14,745 bases of DNA, taken from positions 74,590-89,334 of the forward strand of contig MTSL01000150.1 in assembly GCA_002794465.1 (NCBI GenBank). The letters run 5' to 3'. A model generated the notes under the pieces. It saw only the letters and a list, made by a program, of their open reading frames with translations. It had not been told where the DNA came from and did not search any database. The DNA is from Paramicrosporidium saccamoebae KSL3 (lineage: Eukaryota; Fungi; Cryptomycota). This document shows positions 1-7,505 of the stretch, one piece after another (positions within the stretch are counted from its first letter, which is position 1; each line of letters begins with the position of its first letter). Position numbers and translations under genes: made by a program.

Positions 1-96
1 CTTCTCCAAACTAGGGAACTATTCTCAAATATCCAACTAATCAGTCTTCTACGTCACAATATTAAAGACGATCGCTTAAGAAGCCACATGCCCTAA
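1..96 (+). CDS. Possible 3' end of a gene entering from outside the window (LLQTRELFSNIQLISLLRHNIKDDRLRSHMP*)
   Basis: Frame 1 is open from base 1 to TAA at 94-96. No motif recognised. Support is only the high gene density of the region. Confidence 0.25.
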   Translation, partial: LLQTRELFSNIQLISLLRHNIKDDRLRSHMP

Positions 97-197
97 TTAA
101 TTAATTCGCTCATCAACAGATCCTTTATTGAGATTTTTGATCCATTATGTGCTCTTGCTCGCTCGCCTACACACACCCTCTGCCTATTCCATATTTA

Positions 198-2058
198 TTA
201 AATGAGGCCTTGCTCCTCCCAGGATTTATACAAGACTTTTTCTTCCTCTTCTGTCAATGGAACCTCTCTCCGCACAATTTCAGGAATCGGGATTGGAATG
301 TATCGCTTGTCTATAACATTGACCAGTTCAGACACGAGGATCGGCAAGAGTCCACGCAAATATGGTTCTAGAAAGGAAAACTGCTCGTCACTGCTGAAAT
401 GGCGAGCAAAGTAGATTGTTGTAATGAACTCTCGATGCAAAAGTTTTACAGGAGGCGCCATTTCCACTACAAGGACCTGGTTCAGCACCTGAACAAACAC
501 TAGAATGTCGGGCAGCGAAGATGTGAGATCAGCCCTTTCCTTATTTAGGGCTAGACAAGCAAGTCGTCGACTTAGTTGGCGAAGTGTTAGTGGCTCAAAT
601 GCCACACTTGCGGGCAGAACTCGGCTGGAGACTAATCTGAAAAGCATCTGGACTAGAGCCCTCTCTATTTCCCCAAGCTATAACATGATCAGGCCACATA
701 CGATGAACTGTACCGGTGTCTGGTATGGGTGCTTCAAAATTCTCTTTACAAATATATCATTGAGCAAATTAAGGAGTGAGCAATTAACTGAAGGAAACTG
801 TTTGAGAAGACTCATTCCAAGTCGACTGTCAAACACCATCATCCCGATCAATTGTAACATATCCAATAAAATTTCCAGACGATCTGGATAGAATGCACTC
901 AGCCTCTTGACCAAAACTCCCATATCAAGAAGATTAAATATGTGCTCCGGTAGGATCTGTGTCTCGCCGTATAGGATATGCTTGAGGATTCGCAAATGCT
1001 GGTGGACGATTGTCCCACATGCACCATCTTTCAAGTCAGCCAGAAACCGACACAGATCACAAAACAAGTCACTGGATGTCGGAAAGTCATCATTTTGCAG
1101 CAGCGATTTTGCAGATGGCGAGACTACATAGTCTGGAATGCCATTCCTGATCAAGGGTCCAACTATTGGATTCAGGCAGACGAGGAATTCAAGAATTAGA
1201 GATACGTAATAAATGATAGGATTCAAGGAATTAGACTGAAAAAAATAGTGTACCTTTTTTTCTTTTACAGCCCGGCAATACTCGTATTCAACTGCCAACA
1301 TGACGTTTTTCGTAATAGTCGCAATTCTTTGCACAGAATCTCTTCGCTTAATGGATTCTTGTCGATCGTCATCAATAACATCCTCATTCGCTATTTATCA
1401 GTCTAAAAGTATGGAGCTTACCAAAGGTGAGATCAGCAAACCCAATGGCATGGAACAGCATTTCCAGTGTAACCGCTCGGGGGGATGTGCCGTTGATCCT
1501 CAAGGTGTCAACCGAGGTTAGTATATCGTCTACTTCACAAGAGGTCTCTTGTCGAGTAGATCTAATGACCCTTGATCTTTTCTGTGGACTCAGCAGTTCA
1601 TCGAATCCTGAAGTGAAACTGCGCGATACAGAGGCCTGGTATGCATTCACTGCGGTTGGAACAGATCGTATTTCATTCTCTTTAAACTTTAGCTCTGTTT
1701 GAAGCCGCTCGATTTCTCGTTTCCAATGCAACAGAAGCGACTGCCGTTCTTGCTCCATCGAATTCAGCTTTTCCGCATGCCTCTTGGACAATTCGTATTT
1801 TTCCGACTCAAAATGGGTAAGCTTTTGGCGAAGTAGAGCCACTTCTCCTTCTTTGACTACCTTTTCCTTTTTAATGGTTTCCAATTCTTTGGAAATCTCT
1901 TGGACCTGCCTGTCTAATTCTGTAAGCTTGGAATGCGCATGGTAGCTCTGCTCAATATTATGACTTGCATGGTTTGTCATGAATTGTGTTTCTTGCTGCT
2001 CTATCCTCTTCAGGTCTTCAGAGCTAAGGTCAAAGTCAAAGTCGGCTGTAGCCATCAT
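198..2058 (-). CDS. ATRIP/Rad26/Ddc2-like checkpoint protein, about 601 aa, 3 exons
   Basis: Exons 2058-1422, 1390-702 and 677-198. Introns 1421-1391 (31 nt, GTAAGC..TAG) and 701-678 (24 nt, GTATGT..TAG) join three track ORFs in frame (..DLTF-A-NEDVIDDD..; ..VQFI-LGEIERALVQMLFR..). The protein has an acidic N-terminal motif (DFDFDLSSEDLKRIEQQ), a coiled coil containing KEGEVALLRQKL and EIERLQTELKFKENE as in ATRIP/Rad26, and a Leu-rich helical C-terminal half. Confidence 0.65.
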
Positions 2059-2169
2059 GGCTGATGAAATGAATGTATTTTCTTATTTATTCGCCAGTCA
2101 GACTTTCTTCATGTAAGCTCATCACAGTTACAGACTTTTTGACGGGCTCGCTTCAATTGGAGATTGTTG

Positions 2170-2592
2170 TTAACGTGAGCCCATATAAACTACAGAGTCT
2201 CCCTTCATCGCCATCTCAGCCACGAGTTTTTCCCTCATTGCAATTTTCTGACGGCGCATTACACTAAATGGATGAGATTGCGCCGGAACGCTTACTCTTG
2301 AATCATGCATGCTTCATAATGATGCTTCTCGTACTCGCATTTCCATGGAAGGTAGTACTCACGCCTCTGACACCTCTTTAGCTCAATTAGCCAGTGAGCA
2401 CAACAGTCGCGAGATTGTAGTGGAATTTGATTGAGTGCCATTTCTTCGTCCGTAACCTTCATCACTATAGCATTTACCACACAACATATCAAGCATCATA
2501 CGTGGCGCCGAGAGGTCAGCGCTTAGCAATTCCTCATTTGTCATGTCCTTTGGAAAAGTAACATTCGGAACTGAATGTCCAGCGGGAGTCAT
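2170..2592 (-). CDS. NDUFB7: NADH:ubiquinone oxidoreductase (complex I) subunit NDUFB7/B18, about 117 aa, 3 exons
   Basis: Exons 2592-2502, 2464-2296 and 2263-2170; introns 2501-2465 (37 nt) and 2295-2264 (32 nt). The spliced product reads MTPAGHSVPNVTFPKDM..MKVTDEEMALNQIPLQSRDCCAHWLIELKRC..KCEYEKHHYEACMIQDVMRRQK. It carries a twin CX9C motif and the RD.CAH.LI signature. Confidence 0.9.
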
Positions 2593-2702
2593 GCTTTCAG
2601 AGAAGCCTGGCCAATCGAAATCTGATCTCAATTTGCTAATTGCGCCGGGATACCCTCTCCTTTCAATGCCTTCCTCGTCACCAGGTACACTCCACTGACA
2701 CA
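2593..2702. promoter_or_regulatory. 110-nt bidirectional promoter region between NDUFB7 and the phosphate carrier
   Basis: It is the only non-coding sequence between two divergent ATGs (2592 minus, 2703 plus) and contains GGCCAATC. Confidence 0.6.
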
Positions 2703-3692
2703 ATGGTCTCACATGTAGCTATTTCCACCAGCAAGCCGGGAATTCCACTATTTTCACCCGAGTTCTATGCGGCGTGTTCAGTGGGTGGGGCTCTTTCCTG
2801 TGGCCTGACACACACTTTGGTTACTCCGCTCGACCTTGTCAAATGCCGCCGACAGGTAGGCCCTCAACTACCCCGTCATTGATGAGTGTAGGTGGACCCT
2901 AAGCTGTACACGTCGATTGTGAACGGGTGGAGCACAATTTATCGCACCGTGGGCGCTCGCGGACTTACGGAAGGATGGGGCCCCACCTTGATCGGGTATT
3001 CCATGCAAGGTGCCTGCAAGTTTGGCTTCTATGAATACTTTAAAAAGACCTTTGCTGACATTGCAGGCCCCGAGCTTGCCAATCAATATCGCACGACTCT
3101 CTACTTGACTGCGTCCGCCTCTGCCGAAGTCATTGCCGATGTTGCTTTGTGCCCCATGGAAGCGCTAAAGGTTCGTATGCAAACATCAGTTGTTACTCCG
3201 TTTGCCACTTCTGCTACCGCTGGCTTTTCTCGAATTATCCGGGAAGAGGGAGTTGCTGGCTTGTATAAAGGACTTGCACCCCTTTGGATGCGCCAAGTTC
3301 CTTACACGATGATGAAGTTTGCCGCCTTTGAAAAGACTGTCGAAGCGATTTATAAATATGGTCTATCCAAGCCCAAACACGAGTACAACAAGCTCGAGCA
3401 ATTGGGTGTTACCTTTGCTGCTGGCTATTGGGCTGGAATCTTTTGTGCTGTTGTTTCTCACCCCGCCGATACTGTCGTGTCCAAGTTGAACAATATCAGC
3501 AGAGCTCCGGGCGAGGGAACTGGAGCTGTTATTGGAAGGATTTTAAGCGATCTTGGTTTCAAGGGCGTGTGGCGCGGGCTTGGAGCTCGTATCGTAATGA
3601 TCGGCACCTTGACGGCCCTTCAATGGTTCATTTACGATACTTTCAAGGTTTACGCGGGCCTCCCTACATCTGGTGCAGTTGAGAAGCGTTGA
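2703..3692 (+). CDS. PIC2: Mitochondrial phosphate (and possibly copper) carrier, PIC2/SLC25A3 type, about 317 aa, 2 exons
   Basis: Exons 2703-2855 and 2892-3692; 36-nt intron 2856-2891 (GTAGGC..TAG). Carrier signatures are [20 protein letters not shown] and [29 protein letters not shown] resembles the Pic2/SLC25A3 clade more than Mir1. Confidence 0.92.
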
Positions 3693-4038
3693 ATAATTAA
3701 AGTCATTTAATAAATGATTCGAAATGTGAATGTTATGGAGCTGGTATGTTATAAAACAAGTGGCACCCGTGGTTCATTGACGGCTCCAACCTGGTGTGTT
3801 GAACGCGGCTATATTAGTCATAAGCGGATACGGTCTCGCAATACCACTTTTTCGATAATATATATAAATGAGTCGAGCAACTCTAAAATTGACCAAACGC
3901 ACCTTGTGATCTATCAATATGGCGTGTCAAAAACTCTACAAGACACCTTACGGCCCATTCGAAGGGGAAACTTTAACCGACAACAGTATGGGAGTAGCAA
4001 AGAGGTTACTGACGACATGGACCGGATATGGTCCCGAG

Positions 4039-4288
4039 CCATCAAACAACTATTAGATCTACAAGATACCTTATGAACCATCAAACAACTCTTAGATCTA
4101 CAAGATACCTTATGAGCCATCAAACAACCCTCAAATCCATCAACACACTCCCACGATCCATAGAACAACCCTCAAATCCATCAACACACTCCCACGATCC
4201 ATAGAACAACTCTCAAATCTATCAACACACTCCCACGACCCATCGAACAACCCTCAAATCTATCAATACACTCCCACGATCCATCAAC
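4039..4288. repeat. Compound minisatellite: two 39-bp units, then four 41-bp units and a partial unit
   Basis: 39-bp units start at 4039 and 4078 (CCATCAAACAACT[A/C]TTAGATCTACAAGATACCTTATGA[A/G]). 41-bp units start at 4117, 4158, 4199 and 4240 (e.g. CCATAGAACAACCCTCAAATCCATCAACACACTCCCACGAT). A partial unit starts at 4281. Confidence 0.95.
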
Positions 4289-4351
4289 AGCTCCGAAATT
4301 GGTCGAGTAAGAATAATTACCATTTTATCGAGTGACTACTTCAATTTCTCT

Positions 4352-5325
4352 TCAAAGGGCTGAGGCCCCAGTGATAATATCCACGAGCTCATTGGTAATG
4401 ACAGCCTGGCGAGTCCGATTATACTTCATGGTCAACGCTACGACAATGGCTTCGGCATTCTTTGTAGCATTCTCCATAGCAGTGCGCTTGGAACTCATCT
4501 CTGATGCGTGGCCTTCCACCAGAGCCCAGTACAGGCGTGATACGTAAAGATACTCCGCAAGATTGTTTACCGTCTCGGGCTCGTACTCGTAGGCTGCAAG
4601 CTTTTCCGTGCCCAGAATAGCGGCTGCACTGGGGGGCTTGGCAATCACCGGCTCAAAATTGATCGCACTGACGAACCGGTTGTAAATGATTGCAACCTGA
4701 TCAAAGTCAAGCTCAGCTGCGCGGATCCCTTGCCAAATTACCAAAGCATCTAAGAAAGTGGGTATATTACGTCCGACTTGATTAAAATGCATCACAATGT
4801 TGCGACGAGCATCGCGAGAGACTTGAGGCTTGGCCTTATCACCAAGAACAGCAATTTGGGTATGTTCGCGATCCTGGGCCGCTAGACGACGAGTGACCTT
4901 TGAGACAGAGCTATGAATGGCACCGCAAAGACCACGGTCGGAAGAGCAGGTCAAGATAAGAGCCTTTTTAGAGTTTCCATCTTTGTCCCTTGTGATGTTG
5001 ATGGTTGGCTCTGTACCAAGAACATAGTCGTTTCCAGTCTCAGGAATCATTCCAAGATGATGTAGAAAGTCTATTAAAGTTGAAAAGAAACGGAAAGGGT
5101 ACTTTGAGTGGTTTTTCCGTACAGGCGACCCGCTTCCATACTCTTGGAAGCCCGATTAAGCTTGGTTGAAGCAATCATTTTCATTGACTTTGTAATTTTC
5201 CCAATGTTCTTGATAGACTTTAGACGGAGCTGAACTAGATTCTGAGCGTCTTATGGTGGTTTACTATCCTTGAGGGTGGCATATGTGCGCACCGGAAGGG
5301 TCAAAGTGGCCTTACTGAGGAGCAT
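4352..5325 (-). CDS. ATP3: Mitochondrial F1 ATP synthase gamma subunit, about 303 aa, 3 exons
   Basis: Exons 5325-5265, 5234-5103 and 5070-4352; introns 5264-5235 (30 nt) and 5102-5071 (32 nt). Splicing gives presequence [15 protein letters not shown], then [42 protein letters not shown] and [23 protein letters not shown] are also present. Confidence 0.97.
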
Positions 5326-5419
5326 TGGGCGGAGTCGGTGGTTGGGAGTAAATGCGCAATGTCGCCACCAGGGTTCCGGATGGACCGAAATTGCCAATTG
5401 ACAAACTAGACAGTACACA
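5326..5419. promoter_or_regulatory. 94-nt bidirectional promoter region between ATP3 and OPA3-like
   Basis: It lies between divergent ATGs at 5325 (minus) and 5420 (plus) and contains GCCAAT. Confidence 0.6.
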
Positions 5420-5965
5420 ATGGTTATGCCGGTCGTAAAATTGGGCTATCTATTCGTCAGAACAGTGGCCAAGCCCGTCTCATCCGTCATCAAGCAACAG
5501 GCCAAGGACCATCCCAAATTCAGAGAGGCATGTGTTCGACTGGCACAGCTGTATCACCGAATGGATGTCCGCTGGCGACGTAGATTAGCAGCAAGAGCAG
5601 GCGAGGACATTTCTGCCATTGTGCGACCGTTGGACGAACAGAAAGCCGTAGACTTGGGCGCCAGCTTTATTGGTGAAGCACTAATTTTCGGAGTTGCTGG
5701 CACTCTTCTCGTGGCCGAAGCCGCGAGAAGTAATCGGGCGGAATCTGCACGTCGAAGGCTCATAGAAGATCGTTTTGAAAAACTCTTTGAGGATGTCTTG
5801 AATTTGTCAGCAAGGCAGCAGGAACTGACTGACCAACTTGAGGCCGCTGATAAGAGAAGAGGTCAAGTACCAAAGGTTGAACCCGAGCACCAGATTCTGA
5901 GGTCGAAGCTTGAGCCCGAACAATACCATTTAAAGCCAAAGCTTGAACCAAGTATCGAAATTTGA
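5420..5965 (+). CDS. OPA3: OPA3-like mitochondrial protein, 181 aa
   Basis: N-terminus KLGYLFVRTVAKPVS..IKQQAKDHPKFR and the central RPLDEQKAVDLGASFIGEALIFGVAG match OPA3 family motifs. A coiled coil follows. Confidence 0.9.
   Translation: MVMPVVKLGYLFVRTVAKPVSSVIKQQAKDHPKFREACVRLAQLYHRMDVRWRRRLAARAGEDISAIVRPLDEQKAVDLGASFIGEALIFGVAGTLLVAEAARSNRAESARRRLIEDRFEKLFEDVLNLSARQQELTDQLEAADKRRGQVPKVEPEHQILRSKLEPEQYHLKPKLEPSIEI
5870..5950 (+). repeat. Degenerate 33-bp coding repeat (about 2.5 copies) at the OPA3 C-terminus
   Basis: Units start at 5870, 5903 and 5936 and encode PKVEPEHQILR / SKLEPEQYHLK / PKLEP. Confidence 0.6.
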
Positions 5966-6012
5966 GGCCGAAAATTGTTGCCATTAGGAACGGAAAATAG
6001 AAAACTTTGTAT

Positions 6013-6597
6013 TTACAAATCGAGTTCATTTAGAAACTGATCAACTTGAGCTTCAAGATGATTTCTTTTAGATACACTTGGCTCGGCACTAATAATCAGA
6101 CGGTTAGTGGGACGAACAGACTCATTGCCATCAGTTACTTTGTTAAATATTCGATAGGGAGGTAATCCAGGAACACCAGTCTCTAGTGGGTCGTCGTCAG
6201 GCAGCGGAATGTGACAATCCTCGTCGAACCATTCGGTTGTTTGAGGCTCAACAGTTTTGTCCTTGTCAAGATCTTTTTTGCGATTTAGATACTCCTCTGG
6301 GTCGAATTCAGGAAGAATCATTGAAGGCATTCCTGCCTTTTCTCTTGCCTTGTTTAGCGCAACAAACTGATCCTCCAGGTGCTTCCTTCTTAGGCGGCCC
6401 GGCCCATCCAGGCGTCCTTTCGCCTCTGTCTCCCGTAGCCGTTCAATTTCCACCAGCAGTTTGGAAGGATCTCTCCGAGCAAGAGGTGTCTTGGACAGTG
6501 CCTCTTTTCGTCCGGCCCGTTTTCGCTCAGACTGCTTTCTTTTTTGCGAACGACGATATGTCTCTACTGGATGAAGGGCCCTCTTCTCCCGTCCCAT
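6013..6597 (-). CDS. WBP11: WBP11 (WW-domain binding protein 11/Saf1-like) N-terminal domain protein, splicing associated, 194 aa
   Basis: The basic N-terminus LHPVETYRRSQKRKQSERKR..RRDPSKLLVEIERL resembles the Wbp11 domain (NPAD.FRK.QRKKE..KDP..EI). An acidic/Pro-rich tail follows (IPLPDDDP..PGLPP). Confidence 0.7.
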   Translation of the reverse strand: MGREKRALHPVETYRRSQKRKQSERKRAGRKEALSKTPLARRDPSKLLVEIERLRETEAKGRLDGPGRLRRKHLEDQFVALNKAREKAGMPSMILPEFDPEEYLNRKKDLDKDKTVEPQTTEWFDEDCHIPLPDDDPLETGVPGLPPYRIFNKVTDGNESVRPTNRLIISAEPSVSKRNHLEAQVDQFLNELDL

Positions 6598-6627
6598 TTC
6601 GCCAGGGCCTGCCGGAGACGTCCCATA

Positions 6628-7494
6628 ATGTTAATAGGCGGCGTGAATCCCACTGGTAGAGTTACTTTGTCACCTAGCGAGATGCAGTATATTGCTGGCG
6701 GCATCAAGCAAAACCTACGGGCCGATGGAAGGAGCCGCGTGGATTGGCGCGTTGCTAGTGGCGAACTGGGCCCAGTCCCTCAGGCTGCCGGGTCTGCTCG
6801 TTTCCGTCTGGGAGGGACAGACGTCATTGTCAGTGTAAAGGGAGACATTGGAAAGCCAACACTAGAAAAGCCACTAGAGGGCTCAGTTATTTGCACAGTT
6901 GATAGCTCTACCGTATTCTCCATGAACTCTTCCCTGGGAGGCACAAACGAGGACCGTCAAATGCAGCAACGTAATGACGAGCTCACTGTCATCCTGAATG
7001 ACATTCTTGTCAAATCTGGGGCCATAGATCTCGAGCTGTTTTCGCTCGTTCCGGGAAAGCACTGCTGGGTCCTTTACATTGATGTTCTTGTTTTGGATTA
7101 TGATGGAAACTTAATCGACACTATTGTCATGGCTGCCAGGCTCGCCATCTCGTCTATGAGGCTGCCCAAAGTGCGCATTGAGGAAGGAGGAGAGGCTACT
7201 GAAGTAGTCTTAGCCGAAGACGTAGACTCTTCTCGCATCATTGACATCTCTCGACTGCCTGTAGCCGTCACAATAGGCAAGCTCGGAGACGGATTCCTTG
7301 TGGATCCATCTGGTGCCGAAGAAACTTGTTGTGACGCTGGCCTGATTATTGCCCTTCTTGGTGATAACGTAGTGATGATGCGTAAACTGGGGTGTGGAAT
7401 GCTCGATCCAGGTCTCTTGACAGAGTACATTTCCGCTGCCCAGACCGCATCCGTTCATCTTAACACGTTATCATCCAATTGTATTTCAAAATAG
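6628..7494 (+). CDS. RRP42: Exosome complex RNase PH-like subunit Rrp42 (EXOSC7), about 288 aa
   Basis: Motifs LSPSEMQYIAGGIKQNLRADGRSRVDWR, GSARFRLGGTDVIVSVKG and CWVLYIDVLVLDYDGNLID are present. The ATG at 6628 is preferred over the track's non-ATG start at 6544, which overlaps WBP11. Confidence 0.9.
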   Translation: MLIGGVNPTGRVTLSPSEMQYIAGGIKQNLRADGRSRVDWRVASGELGPVPQAAGSARFRLGGTDVIVSVKGDIGKPTLEKPLEGSVICTVDSSTVFSMNSSLGGTNEDRQMQQRNDELTVILNDILVKSGAIDLELFSLVPGKHCWVLYIDVLVLDYDGNLIDTIVMAARLAISSMRLPKVRIEEGGEATEVVLAEDVDSSRIIDISRLPVAVTIGKLGDGFLVDPSGAEETCCDAGLIIALLGDNVVMMRKLGCGMLDPGLLTEYISAAQTASVHLNTLSSNCISK

Positions 7495-7505
7495 AAATTT
7501 ATTTA

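Noticed and set aside
2277-2648. 10-mer ATTGCGCCGG present in an NDUFB7 intron and in its promoter
   Set aside because: Many repeated 10-mers are expected by chance in 14.7 kb, and there is no other support.
3731-3768. Resemblance to the Cas9 sgRNA scaffold (GTTATGGAGCT..AAGTGGCACC)
   Set aside because: Only short scattered matches with wrong spacing, and I see no repeat:anti-repeat duplex or terminal hairpins. Most likely chance.
3798-3855. Possible ncRNA (GAACGCGGCTATA resembling the RNase P P4 3' strand, followed by a T6 run)
   Set aside because: No matching upstream GGAA-type P4 5' strand and no tRNA or snRNA signature recognised. It would need an Rfam search.
3714-4168. ORFs 3714-4076 (+) and 3914-4168 (-) as genes
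   Set aside because: No recognisable motif. Both run into or derive from the minisatellite, whose 39-bp unit is simply a multiple of three. An orphan gene cannot be fully excluded.
4039-4288. CRISPR array
   Set aside because: Units are contiguous and near-identical over their full length with no unique spacers. The context is eukaryotic and there are no cas genes.
6544-6627. Track's extended non-ATG start for RRP42 (and likewise 13400-13522 for the TPT gene)
   Set aside because: Both extensions overlap the neighbouring gene on the opposite strand and lack family similarity. In-frame ATGs at 6628 and 13523 sit just before the conserved regions.
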